DNA of 64,000 nucleotides from Octopus vulgaris (Eukaryota): NCBI GenBank assembly GCA_951406725.2, contig OX597815.1, positions 116,064,001 to 116,128,000 of the forward strand, read 5' to 3'. Shown piece by piece: positions 41,208 to 54,678 of this stretch (position 1 is its first letter; each line of letters starts with the position of its first letter). The notes under the pieces were generated by a model. It saw only the letters and a program-made list of their open reading frames with translations, ran no database searches and was not told where the DNA came from. The position numbers and the translations under genes were made by a program.

Positions 41208-41892
41208 AGGGTAGTAGATTGGCAGAGTCATTAGAGTATCTGACAAGATACCTTGTTGTATTTATTTGTTCCTACTCTTTTAGATTCTGAGCTCAAATTC
41301 TCCCAAAATCAACTTTGCCTTTCATTCTTTTGGAATTGATAAAATACAATACCAGTCGAGTCCTAGAATATAATTGACTGTACTCTCCTCCCCAACAAAT
41401 TTTTGGCCTTATATCTATGTTAGAAACAATTATTTTTACTGGGGCAGAAGATGGGCAGTATCATTAAAATGTTGAACAAAATGTTTTGCAGTATTTAAGC
41501 TCTTTACATTCTGAGTTCAAATCCTGCTGAGACCAGCTTTCATCCTTCTGTGTTTCATAAAATAAAGTACCAGTCTAGTATGGGGTGCTGTTATAACAGA
41601 CTAACCCCTTCTCACAAATTTCTGACCTCCCGCCCATATCAAAATAATGTTATTACTATTATCATCAGGATAGTGGTGTAGCAGAAATAGTACAGCAGTA
41701 GATTAAAGCCTTTTCAGTATTTAATCTTGGTTTTTCAATGATCAGAATATGAATTTTACTGGTGTCAACATTACATTTCATGCTGATCTCCAAAGTTAGT
41801 AAAATATGTACTGATAAGATAAAATATTAATTGGATTCATCTAATTACATCTCTCCTCTGCCTCTCTATAAAACTGAGGCCTTGTGCCAATG
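41208..41892 (+). mobile_element. Three tandem decayed SINE family B copies
   Basis: Recurring GCAG...TTCTGAG(T/C)TCAAAT...TTTCAT...AAAAT...TACCAGT pattern starting at about 41210, 41450 and 41670. Confidence 0.6.
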
Positions 41893-43190
41893 TAATAACT
41901 CATTTATTTTGTTTTTCTTTTACTTGCTTGCTTTTATCATTTTGCTAATTGCTAAACAATATATTGCTAACAAAAGAGAAGAAAAAAGCTGTATTAGATA
42001 TATGCATATATATATATATATGTGATATACTTCATTTATTATTTAGTTATATACATTTTCTTTATTTATTTGAATATGTATGATTATATGTATATGTGTA
42101 TAAATATTTAAGTCTGAACTCTCTTCTGCCTATGGAAGGAGCTGCTTCTGTATTTATACATTTGTAAATATTTGATGAAATAGTTCTTATTTTATCCTTT
42201 ATTTTGCTAAAATTTATTTGACAAATTAACCACGTCTAAAAAAAAAGTCTCTTTTACTTTCTTTCTTTTTTTTTTTGGTTTCTTGTAAAAATTTATTAAA
42301 GAAAAATTTAATTGAAAATTGGTGGATATTTAAAAATTAATACAAAAATAAATGAGTAAGTAGGAGAAGCAAGTGATAGTTGGGTATCATTTACTCTACT
42401 TATTAGCATGCTAACCATCCTCATCTCCAATGAATACTCGTAATGAGGATGTTAATTATTTCTAATTACCAATCTAATTTTGCCCACATATGCTGACATT
42501 ATATACTTATTGGATAATAATTATAATTTATTTGCTAAAGATAATTTGCAAATTATTCCTTCATTTTTGCCAAAAAGCAAAGAAAAAGAATTTTTAAAAA
42601 AATTGAAGAGAGGATCAGAATATTTTTTAATAAAAGTCATGTATTTATTTTGTGACATTTTTATTTAATGTAATTTTCTACCATGGAAGTACGTAAGCAA
42701 TGATTTCGGACATGGAGCTCTGGTTCATATCAGTGAGATCCATGAATGATGGTTTCTGTCTACCATGGAAATGTGTTCTCTTGTATTACTACATATATAT
42801 TTAATTATAATGCATACACACATATATATGTACATAAATATATGTACGTGTGTGTATGTATGTATGTGTGAATATTTGTATATGTATATTTGTGTTTGCG
42901 TGCATGCATGTATGTATATATAATATATATAAATATGATATAATGTTTATAATATATGTATATATATATTTATGTATATATATATATGTGTATATATGTA
43001 TGTGTATATATATATATATATATATACATATGAGAGAAAGAGAACTAAGTGGAAGGTTGTATGTGTTTGTAAATCTAATTATACACGAGAAGTGAGAGAG
43101 TGTATCCTGCTTATTTCTATTTTTATGTTTTCAATGTAACATTTGTTAATGCTTCTGTGCATTCATTTCATGGATCTTATTGGGCTGATG

Positions 43191-43196
43191 AATAAA
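43191..43196 (+). terminator. Candidate polyadenylation signal of the FAM102A-like gene
   Basis: AATAAA followed by a long GT/T-rich tract (about 43210-43300). One of several AATAAA hexamers, so tentative. Confidence 0.3.
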
Positions 43197-43999
43197 ATAA
43201 CACTTCATCTTCTGGTTTGTTTCTCTTTTACTATATACTCTGTTTTACGTCTGTTTGTCATTCTGTCTGTCTTTTTTATTTTTTTTGTCTCCTGTTTTTA
43301 GATTTGGTACAAGTATTAAAGTGTAGTTATCAATGATAAAAACTCTTGCTAATTGTTTTAGGTGCCAGTGTAGTCACAAAAGATGTAGACATCATTTCAG
43401 CTCTTTCACCCTTGGCTCAGCTTTACATTGAGGATATATGATAGAGACAGAGGAAGAGAGAGAAGGCTGCATTGACACTGGACTGATTGCTCATTTTCGG
43501 CTTAGTAGACTGGAGCAACATAAAATGAATTACCTTACTCAAGGAGATATTCTGCCCAATCCTTGAATTGAACCAATGACTAGATGTAAATAAGCCCAAC
43601 ACTCTGACTATTAGGTTATATCCAAAATATTTAGTGAATGTAAAGTGAACTTCTTTATAGTTTGAAAAGTAATTAGACACTTGCTAATGGAAGTCTTTTA
43701 AATAACATGTTTACTAAATCAAATCAAATGTAATATGTGTTGCTTGTAGAATATCTATCATAGAATTGAAACTTAATTTCATTTTAGCTATAAAATTTCA
43801 AAATACATTTTTTCATTTGGCTGCCACTTCTCATTGGAATGTGAGGATGGAATCCATAAGCTATAAAGAAATGATAAAAGCAAAACTTTTATCTTTCATT
43901 TAAGTTGACTAAAATATTTTTTCTGTTTAGAAGCATCATTGACAAAGTCATAGACAAAAGTTTTGTCGTACTCCATGCACCATAGATGAACTAATATAT

Positions 44000-44079
44000 G
44001 TTTATCAGTCATTTTTGCCGAACCGCTAAGTTATGGGGATGTAAATGCACCAACATCGGTTGCCAAGTGATGGTAGGGA

Positions 44080-44132
<53 letters not shown>

Positions 44133-44276
44133 GACGGGCTTCTTCCAGTTTCTGTCTACCAAATCCACTCAGGGCTATGGTAGAAGACACTTGCCCAAGG
44201 TGCCACGCAGTGGGACTGAACCCAGAACCATGTGGTTGGGAAGCAAGCTTCTTACCACACAGTCACTCCTGCACCT
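44000..44276 (-). mobile_element. tRNA-derived SINE, family A
   Basis: Colinear with the copy at 9886-10330, including the head. Confidence 0.75.
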
Positions 44277-44286
44277 ATATATAATA

Positions 44287-44729
44287 TGGAGGCAATGACA
44301 AGTGACTGAGACGTTCGGCAACATGCCATGCTTGAGAAGACCTGTCAAGCCAAGTGAGATTGTAGTCATGGCCAATGCCAGAACTGGCACCTGTGTTAGT
44401 GACACATACAAAACACCCTTTGAACATTGGGTCTCACAGGGGCAATGATAAGTGACTGCAACCTTTGGCGATATGCCATGCTTGAGAAGACCTGTCAAGC
44501 CAAGTGAAATCTCAGTTGTGGCCGATGCTGGTGTCGTGTAACTGGCACCCATGCTGATGGCACATAAAAAACACTCTTGGAGTGGTTGGCATTAGGAAGG
44601 GCATCCAGCCATAGAGACCATACCAAATCAGATTGGAACCTTGTGTAGCCCTCCAGCTTACCAGTTTCAGTCAAACCGTCTCACCCATGCCAACATGGAG
44701 AGCAGCTGCTAAATGATGATGATGATGAT
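44287..44729 (+). mobile_element. RTE 3' UTR fragment with (GAT)n tail
   Basis: CTTGAGAAGACCTGTCAAGCCAAGTGA repeats and terminus are shared with the copy at 1-1268. Confidence 0.75.
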
Positions 44730-45241
44730 GTATATTGGAGTTGTGATGTCATTTTTATTTCGTAGTTGACAATTGTTTCAACAATACCATGGTGACTATC
44801 TTTGCATCATATTTATTAATGAATGCTATGCATTTTATTTCCATAGTATTCATGGAAAATGTTTCTTCAGAACTTCTTTGAAAACAATATGTACAAACAA
44901 TTTGTTATTTTGCTTAAATGCAAGACATTCATCATTGGTGTTAGTGGGTGGTACTAAGATTTATAATTTTATGTAGAAATGACAAGAAAAAAAAAGTGAC
45001 ATTTATTTGCATTCAACCTTGATGATAGAAGTCTCTAAGTGCTAAGCAGATCTCTTGCTGTACTACACTGCTATTAATGGAATTGGTCAGAGACAAGCCT
45101 GATTTGCTGACCTGTTTATTTCACATGAAAATTTCATAAGCAGACATACCCCTTGCAATTTTAAGATAGCTGCTGTGCATTGAAGTGCTTCTCAAAGTAA
45201 ATGACAGGATTACTTATCCCAACTTACCTACTATATATATA

Positions 45242-45287
<46 letters not shown>

Positions 45288-45299
45288 TATGTATGTATA

Positions 45300-45851
45300 C
45301 GAGGGGCGTTCAATAAGTAATGCCCCTAGAAGACTGTGAGCATAACCTTGTCAGCAGAGGGCTGCACCCTTGCCTTCTTTGGAGGAGGTGAGTCACGGTG
45401 CTTTCACTGCATTGACTGGTTTTATCCTGTGTGATCAGTCTTTTGAAAAATTTTGACTCATCTTCTTGGCGCATCTCCAAATTCATCCTCGAGCACTCAA
45501 CGCATTCTTGCTTCTGGAAAGGTATGTTATGCGTTGACCTTCCAAAATGGCAGCCTCAACTTGACGGACAGACGTCTCATCAACGGCAGATGGGGGCGAC
45601 CAGATCTGGGAGCTGTTTCCATAGAGTTCTGACTATGTTTGAATTCACAATGCCAGCGTTTTACAAGGTCATATGATGGGGCATCATCACCATAAGTTAC
45701 TTTAAACACCTGTAAATCAGAAACCACAATTAGTTCAGAGCTGTAATTTGCCACTTAATCTATAGAGGTATAAATAAGTGCACATGCAAAATTTCAGCTA
45801 GATCAAACAACTGCATGTGGGTCAGGGGCATTACTTATTGAACGCCCCTCG
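45300..45851 (-). mobile_element. Internally deleted mariner element
   Basis: Perfect 28-bp TIR CGAGGGGCGTTCAATAAGTAATGCCCCT with TA flanks. Minus ORF YGDDAPSYDLVKRW..EFK....ETAPRSGRP is the mariner N-terminal HTH region. Confidence 0.9.
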
Positions 45852-48049
45852 TATATATGTATGTATTGTACATGTTGTTCAGGTGACAAAAAATATGAAG
45901 GACACAACTTATTTCACAATGTACTGACAAGGTAACTAATGCACGTTTGGTTGACTTGCCAGAAACAGCTGCTAAATCTCCTTCAAATCATTCACTTCAA
46001 TCTTAATCAAAGGCATTCCAACTCTCACACTTCTGCACTTTATTTTATTCATTTGTATATCTAGATGCATATTTTGTCATTTGAATACATAGAAACAAAG
46101 AAATTCAGCATGGTAACAGAGTAAATATATCAAGTTTTCCTACTATGCCTGTAGTGTATTCTATGTTTAGCAAGAGGTTAGCTCTTAGCAAGCCCCTTCT
46201 ACCACGTTTTCTAATACTTTATTGAAGTTATTTCCTTTCACTTACGTAGTTATTGCCTATCAAGACAGTATGGACATCATCATATCTTATATTTTACTCC
46301 TTAAAATATAAGGATAAACTTTTCTAAGATATGGGTTCCAATTAGGAAAATAACGGAATTGTACAGCCTAACTATTTATTTTTATCCTCGCTAATATCTT
46401 ACCTATTCTAGATCACATTTCTTAGTCCTTCAAACGCTGCAGATGCTAGCGAGACCTGTCTCTCTACGTACTCTGAACCATTCAGTACAGTATTGCTGAG
46501 AAACATGGTCTGTGACGTTCCACTTTGGAGCCACCCAATCTGATCATTTGCTTACTAAGTGAACTGGTACTTTGTGCCAATTATGTTTCTTTTACATGTC
46601 TCATCTATATTATTATACAATTTGTCAAAGGTAAAGATATTAGGGTGGTGTCATTGGTATATATCTAGTATCTATCAAATCAGTGAGTGTTAGATTTTCT
46701 TCCGATCTTTCATGATAAATTCTTGGATGGCAATGAAAATGGTGAGGAAAAGTGAAAAACTTTGTCTTAGACCTGAAGTACTTGAAACTAATCCGTCAGC
46801 TGACCACCGACGACCGCAGCACACTCTAAAGTTTATGGTTGTGTTCTAACGTCAGCATTATGAGACGGGCGTAGAAATACTTCAATAAGAAAAACTTTTC
46901 ATGTGACTGACACTGTTACTGAGGAAATAAGTATGATAATATATTATAATAGCTATGTACTTCTGACGTTTCGTTAAGGCTTCCGAAGCTTCAGGTCATG
47001 TGGTTGACTACCTAAGAGGTGACTCTTTCAGCCATGTGAAAACACAAGGTTATCACATGTAACAGTGGAGGACAGAGTATCCAAATGACGCAGGGTGGCG
47101 GTAGTTCTGCAGGCAGAAAAAGAATGAAAGTTCGGAGAGGACCAAAACACGAACGTAAAATGTAAGGGCTTGTGTCTAACTAACAGAAAGCATGTATAAA
47201 CATATTGGTTGATTGTTGCATGGTTCTGAATTTCCATTGGCCAATCATTCCCTATAAACTGAACAATTGAATTACATTTGTAAGGGATTCGGTGCTCAAT
47301 CACAAATTAGTACCTTTTCATTGAATATACTTTTCTGTTGCGGTGTGATTAGACTAGAGCAAAATAGGCGATTGATTTAAATGTGTCTAGTGTGCTTTTA
47401 ATTCTGGAGTAAAAAATATTTTACAAAGACAAGTCCAGGGAGCATCCACCTTCGTGGAGATCTGGTATGTGTGTTTTTTAATGTTACTGTTAAGTTGTCT
47501 TCGTTTTCAGTTGTAATAGGTCTTGAAATATTAAAGCTAATTTTGTAAAACACATCGTAGAGTAGTACAGTTTTTCAATTTCGATTTTAGTTTACACCTT
47601 AAGAACATAACTTATACCACAACGTGCCAACAAGGAATTTCTACACTGCCACTCATCTTATTAGAAACAGTCTATTTTTGAATAAGACTTTTGACACTAT
47701 CATAATTTAATTCATTATTAGCTTTTAGCCGTTTTGGTTTATGTAAATATAAACTTTTTGCATACATTTGGCTATATTTAATAATTTAAAGTGTTCGTAA
47801 ATTACGCGTTAGAATTTTCTTCTCGCAGTTGCCATAATTATATAGAAAGTAATCAGTGAAAACAGAATATCTTAGTTGATTCATTAATTCATTATGTGAT
47901 ATCCTTTCTGCTATAGGCACAAGATCTGAAGTTTCGTGGAGAGGGTGCTAACTTAGTATATAATATCAATAATTTTGACAATGTAGTATCTTAAAACCTT
48001 CCAACAAAGGACTCATTGAGATTGTAACTCTCAGTTGTTTGGTGTTACA

Positions 48050-48620
48050 AATTTATTCATTGAAATGTCTTTTAAGGTTGGAACACTGGAGACCAAACAG
48101 TTCTCATTTAGTTCTTATGAGGCGATTGAATATAGGTGTAACGAACACATTATGTGACGAAAGTAACATGTTGATTTGAAAACAGATCGCAATGGGAATT
48201 TTTATTCGTAGTGGTAGCGCTTATGAAAACCATATTATTGTAACTGGTGTTAAAGTATGTTATTCAGATGTTTAATTGTGACGTTTTTATGAATTCTAAT
48301 TGTGTGATTGCTCCTTAAATGCCCAAACGTTGATTAACAGATGAATGACTTTAGTGAACTTATCTAATTATACATTACGTTTCATTCCACTGGCAGGAAT
48401 TGGCTTACAACATCTTTAAAGACCAAATTACAATATCTTTGAAGACCAAAAAAAAAGTGACCGAGGTCACACGCATAACAATTTAAAATCTGCTTTTCGA
48501 CCGAGAGAACAACAGATTTGTTTCGGAGGATAGTTAAAGATTGAAATAATCTACAAAAATCAAGTTATATTTCATCACTTAATGCCTTCAGAAATTGACA
48601 ATTATCATTTGAGGTTAATA
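48050..48620 (+). mobile_element. Highly decayed CR1-group LINE 3' end
   Basis: RGHTHNNLK...F...RIVK-like remnants of the CR1 C-terminus. Confidence 0.3.
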
Positions 48621-49367
48621 TGTTGCATATACGTTTATTAAATAGAAATTGATAACATTTTTGTGGATTATCCATCTACCGATATCTGCGTGTTTAAAGG
48701 CTGGCTATATTCCAACCAAATAGATATTGATGGCAAACATTGATATGATTTCTCTGTGGTGTATGAACTAACTGAAACTATTAATTCTCAAACTCATGTT
48801 CTGGATGTCAGTAATCATAATCTTGACCTGATTTATCTTTTCCTGACTAAATATCTTTACTGTGTTGTAGCTGAGTCATTTCCATTTTGTAGATCAGATG
48901 ACTGTTTGGTTGTCGTATTGGAGTATAGAGCGAAGAATCTTCTGATATGCTAACCTATCAGATAGTGTTCAGATGCTTAAAATTAGATTGGGAGGGATTC
49001 CATTCTTTCCCGGTTGAATGATACAAATTAGGCTCTTTTCAAATATTACTCATATGGAGGGAGTTTATTTCTTGCTCTTACCAGTTGAGAAATTCCTTAG
49101 CAGATTTAGATTTAGTGACTCGCTTTCATGCTTCTTGAATACCTCATGAACACGCAGCATGGAGCTTTTTTTTCTAGAACAACCACATTGGGTAATAAAC
49201 TTTACTTTCATTGTTTTCCTTCAAAGCATGAACGTGATCTTTTTAAATTCAGGGTTAACAAGTATCTTGCGTAATTTTGTAGTTTTCTTAATTTTAATAT
49301 AATTACAGATTGTCTTATTACGGGAGGAATTCCAACTACGTTTCGTGGTTCACTACCTCAACAGCTC

Positions 49368-52005
49368 TTTTATAGGATCCAGTGGCTAAGGATATCATCA
49401 GGAGGAACCACGTCCAGTTTCAGCCCCTACTCCTCTACCGTTTTCGACGTGGCGGAGCCTCCACTTTCGGAGGTATCTTCAGCTCTGGTGTTGAGTGGTT
49501 TTTTTTCTTTTTTCTTTCGCCTTTTATTCTTTGGTTTCTTCGATGCAACATCAACAAATGTCAGCAGGCGAATGAGCACCCTGCCAAATTTCCCTTTAAA
49601 TACTAGCTGGTAGACACCAGCAGCCAGCACCAGCTGTCACGTGACAAACTAAGCTTCAACTGACCAATGGAGGGAAAGGGCGCGTAGTTTTGGCCCGCGC
49701 CCTCTCTAGACCTATCTTCCAACAGAATCGTGTTAGTTTCAGCTCCAGCAGTCAGAGCCGACTAGTTGTCTGGTGGTACAAGCCTTGGTACTATTGGGGA
49801 GGGGGGCACGCAACGCTGTTTGAGTGCTAGCCAGCCTCACCTAGCGTCGCTATTTCCCAGTTGGCATTTTATGGCTTTCAAGCTATTTCGGGTCTTCTCG
49901 TTCAGCCATGTATAGAAGCTGGCTTTTTCGACTGCCTCTTGTATCCTCCTTATTACTTTACTTTTCTCAGCTCTGAGCTCGAAAATGCCCCATTTTCTTT
50001 TCAATAAATCCTCTAGCCCCCACTGCCAGGTGGTAATACTCGACAATCCACCCCTGTTCCTAGCACTCTTCAATTAATCTTTAATACCGCCTCTCCTTCT
50101 GTTGTTCTGCATCAGCGATGTTCTCTTCCCTTGGCACTGTCAGCTCTAGCAAAATTCTAATTTTTTGTTCTGTATTCCATAGGATTAAGTCCGGTCTTTT
50201 TGCTGTTTTTATGAGTGGAAATATTATGTCTTTCCAAATCTGCAACCAGCTCCAAGTATCCCTTCCATCTTTTGTCTATCTCGTATACTATTTTTGAAGG
50301 CCTGGTCTTATGTCCTTTTCCCTCCTTCTGGAAGTATATCCTTCCGCGCTTTTCCATTTTTGGGTACTCTCCCCTATTATATCCCTCGATTTTTCTCCTT
50401 GAGTACTGCGCTTATGACACCGAGGACTTGATTGTGACGCCAGGTATATCTGTCTAGTCCTAGTCTTTAGTTTGACAGAACATGTCTCACCGTCGCTTTC
50501 TCTCTGCATCTACATTCATCAGTCGTTTGTATGTTCCACCGGACTAAATGGGCCGGTGAAGTCAAAACGTCGAAGCTAGTCTTGATCAGGAAGGATGGTC
50601 TTGCTTGTTCCCAAGTCCAAAGTTCCTTCCATGAGATTCGCCGATTGACCACATTCCTCCCATCTCAGGTACTGTCCGTGTCGACTAAATTGCACCAAAT
50701 GTACATTTCGCCTTTCTTTTTTCTCTTTTCTTACTTCGTGTACCACTGCCTCTTTCATCACTTTTACACTGCTCAGGCAAAATGGTTTGAAAGTATTCAA
50801 CCCTAGACCGGCTCTTGCTTCTTGCGTTGCTCCGACTATATCGGCATGCCTTAGCTTTCCGATCGCGCTGTTTACTGCTTCTTCCGCTTTCCATTTCCTC
50901 CCTGTTCGTACCTTTGTGGGATTTTCTCGGATGTTCTGATCCTTCGAATACCTTAGCATCATTACTGTCCTCGCTTGCCTGCTTTATATTCTTCGACGAT
51001 TGATATTATCAGTTGTTGCAGCATAAGTTTTTCCATATAGTGCAGTTGTATTCAGTGGTTTAGGAAGACTGAGCTATTTCCTGATAAACACATTACATCT
51101 TTGTTCCATTCTTTCTACTCTACTCGAGACTATTTCATACATTTGCAATGGCCACATTATCCTTGGGTGCAGTCCAAATTACAGTATCCAGCATTTGAAT
51201 TTCCCCGGTAATGTTGTTCTGTCAATTGCCTTTAGTCCCTGTTCCACTAAATCGTGTTTCTTTGCTTTGCTTCTTATCATTTAATAAATCTCTGCCGAGA
51301 CTTTTTATTTGTTGTTCTTTCACCGTTAGTATATATTCACCTCTTATCTTGAACTTCACTTCTTTTTGGACTCCCTTCACGAATGCCACACTTCGAGATT
51401 TCTTAGCTTTGAATTTCATTCTTGCCCATCCTATCATTTCGCCCAACCGCTCTAACGCTTCATCTGCTGCTTTTCTACATTCTGACAATACAGTAATGTC
51501 CTCCATAAAAGTCCTTAATGGTGTCTTTGTAACAGATTTCTCACAGTTTGTTGATCTTAGTAACATCTCCATGACTAGCACAGATAATATGAGTGATATC
51601 GTGCATCCAGCTGCAATACCTACTTCTTGCCGTTGCCACTGCGTTGTGAACCTTCCTGCTGTAAATCCCATCCTCAATTTATCGTAGTAACGCATCAACA
51701 TTCGTTGAACATCTGGAATCCAAAAGAAGTCCATAGCTGCTTGAATCAGTGCGTGTGGAATAGATCCATATGCGTTGGCAAGATCTAGCCATACAATGTA
51801 CAGTTTTTTCTTTAGTTGATGATAGCTTCCCAGATGGCAAATGTATGTTCTATGTATCCAGGGATTCCAGAGATCCTTACCTTCTGGATTGTTTCATTAA
51901 CATATCCGGTATGCTGTACGAATATTATGATTCGCCTGGCAATAATTCCATACATGATCCTCCCATCGATATTTTGCAGTAAAATGGGTCTGAAATGCCC
52001 TAGTG
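49368..52005 (-). mobile_element. RLE-type non-LTR retrotransposon (Hero/NeSL-like), 5'-truncated and frameshifted
   Basis: RT motifs WLDLANAYGSIPHALI, GIAAGCTISLIL and FMEDIT; zinc knuckle CRC...HVLSN; RLE motif ELTVPREEN; GC-richer 3' UTR at about 49370-49850. Confidence 0.85.
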
Positions 52006-53824
52006 TTTTTTTTTATGTTTGAAAGAAGTCTATTGAGTGGATATGTTAAATTCCTATAAAATGTTAACATCTTACACGTTTGTGAAGTTCAACTTCACAA
52101 ACCTGTAAGATGAAAATCTTTCCAGTCGCCAGTAAAATGGTATCTATTTAAGAATTGTTATAATAAATTTACAAATGGATAAACCTTTTAGAACTGAGAA
52201 ATGGAGAGGTCAATGATAAACAACCAATTCAAAATCGATTTGATAAACACTGTGAGAACATTAAATTTCACTCTCACTGACATTACCATTTAATTACTTG
52301 GCCTGTCTGTCTTAAAATTTGTGTATATTAAAGTAGAAAGAAGAATGATCAAAAGATCAGAAGCGCAGTTCACTAACTCATTAACAGAGGTGTTACAAAC
52401 AAGGTAACTTATTGAAATTGTTGGAGTTGAAACACATCTTAACTAACACTTCTGAAAATTCTAATGATTATAAAACTCATATGAAAACAATTTATAATGG
52501 TTGCAGATCAAGGCACTTGAATTATTTAGCAACCAATAGAGACATCGAAGTCTCATCTATTTCTGGTGCTGTTCAAAATAATCTATGATTTTAAATCTTT
52601 AGTATGGCCCTTAAGAAGAGCAATTTTTTTTAATACGATGTTCAAAAAACAGAAAATGTTGACGATGGTAATTTCTATTAGTTAATTAAACAGATACTTC
52701 AACGGGATGAACCTCTCATCGTTATTTTAAATTTTTGAAATCCCGAAACTGTAATAATCAGAAATAGATTTTTTTTCATCTGCATTCTTTTCCATTACGT
52801 ATGACAAGCGGCAGCAACTACAGCAGCAACAGTAACAAAAACTCAGGTGAATTACAGACGAAACAAAGCATTTCCCTTGGTCGTGTTCAACCCTGCTATT
52901 TTAACATTACACGCTATTTCCCGGAGATGTGCTAATACATATATTCCTTCGACATAAACAAATTGAGAAGGTCCCTGTTGGAAACAAATAATATTAAACA
53001 TTGAAATGAATACGGTTTTCAGCACGTACATCGCCGAGTAGCCCATAGAGTGGATGGTGAGAAGCAAATTCATGGATCACAAACAATATCCAGTTCATTA
53101 AGACTGGAATACTTTATTTCATTTGATATTACAGATAAGTAAAAACGATAAATAATGATGCCATTGTTTTATTTTTATAATTATATTTTTGGCCATTGAT
53201 CGTATCGTTATTTTCATTTGAAAATACATAAATTTGTAAATAAATAATCAGCACAGTGTCAACTGGAACCGGAATATGAAAAAGATAAAGAAAGAATCCG
53301 TTTATATCAAGATGGCAATGACTGTCTGTTTTTAAAAAGTGTTCTAACTAAATTAACTAAGTGTAATGCAGTGTGTCCATATGTGTAGCTGAGAAGACAT
53401 TTTCGTCGACCATTTCCGTCTGTTATTCAACTTAGCAAAAAAGTAATCACTGTTTCATGGTTTCTTGATGGAAATTATGAACATAATAAATATTGATTAT
53501 TTTTTTCTCATTATATGGAGGATCTATTGATCATGGGGAAAGGCTAGAGTTAACTGAATAGATTCTGATATTTATTTTACCGAAATAATAAATATCTTTT
53601 CATTGGTAAATCCAGCTGAATGTTGAATTAACTGATAACAGTCGTCTACTGAATGAGTTGTTGCAATAGAAGTAATCATAAAATTATAGATGTTATAAGT
53701 AAGGAGAAATTTCTCGTGAAAGAGAGACCGAATAAATCCATTCGTAGAATCTGTCGGTAGTATTATTAATAGATAATAAATATGAATAAACGACTGAATG
53801 AATCTGAAGCATTAAGCTATCTTT

Positions 53825-53827
<3 letters not shown>

Positions 53828-53898
<71 letters not shown>
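53828..53898. repeat. (TA)n(GA)n microsatellite in the 3' UTR of the minus-strand gene
   Basis: Directly visible. Confidence 0.9.
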
Positions 53899-53900
<2 letters not shown>

Positions 53901-54012
53901 GGGAGAGAGAGCACATCTTAATTTGTTTGAAACAATTGTGACTTTGAAATATCTTGACGAATGAGAAACCATTTTAGACTTTAAGATGGTAGATTTCAAA
54001 GTGTAGTAACAT

Positions 54013-54678
54013 CTATTTTTCAAGATCTGACAAATGAATTTTTCCAGATGGTTCCAGTCTTGTTACTGTTGGAGACAAATAACCACTGTAACGATTTCGA
54101 AATCTGCTCGTGAATACTCTTCCCGATCGTTTCCTTTCATCAACAGCTGGAGCCGCAACCATTTGTTCAGCTTCTCTTTTAGAGACCAACTTGTCTAATC
54201 GCCTTTCTAACTGGAATGCTTTATACTGTCTTAGAAATTCCGGCAGTAAAGACCTTTCGTAATCTGCCGACATTGTTGATGTTGTAGGCTCGTAGTCTCT
54301 CTTCATTAACAGGTATCGGTAACGATTGGCAAACGCACTCTCTGGTGAGACAGCTAAGCCGTTGTTTCGATTAAGTACAACATTACCACTTCGTATGTAG
54401 AGTTTCAAGAGCTCCATCACTTCCCCTTGACAATGATCGTTGTCTCTCAGACATTTTTCACAAAGCATGAGTGCTTCAGGTTGGATGCAACACTTTGATA
54501 CAAGTGGTTGCAAAGTTTCTGGCAGCTTGAAACACGACGAACATATGACTTCTTTCACTGAATTGGCTGGGCAGCCTTGTCTGCTTTCCGAAACTCCGAC
54601 GAATACAAGCTGAATTGTAAAGCTCAGAATAAGGATATTGATTAATGTACCACCAACAAGACTATATTTAGCAGCCAT
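54013..54678 (-). CDS. Secreted Cys-rich prepropeptide, putative neuropeptide/hormone precursor, 221 aa
   Basis: Intact ATG-to-stop ORF; hydrophobic signal peptide (about aa 1-32); C-x9-C-x2-C-x13-CC-x8-C-x2-C-x6-C; KR, RR, KR and RKR sites; a tctttttttAG splice acceptor directly precedes the ATG. Confidence 0.85.
   Translation of the reverse strand: MAAKYSLVGGTLINILILSFTIQLVFVGVSESRQGCPANSVKEVICSSCFKLPETLQPLVSKCCIQPEALMLCEKCLRDNDHCQGEVMELLKLYIRSGNVVLNRNNGLAVSPESAFANRYRYLLMKRDYEPTTSTMSADYERSLLPEFLRQYKAFQLERRLDKLVSKREAEQMVAAPAVDERKRSGRVFTSRFRNRYSGYLSPTVTRLEPSGKIHLSDLEK

Noticed and set aside
46955-47010. Minus-strand CTGAAG...CGAAACGTC hammerhead-like motif
   Set aside because: Core and stem II are too degenerate; at most a Penelope-end fossil.
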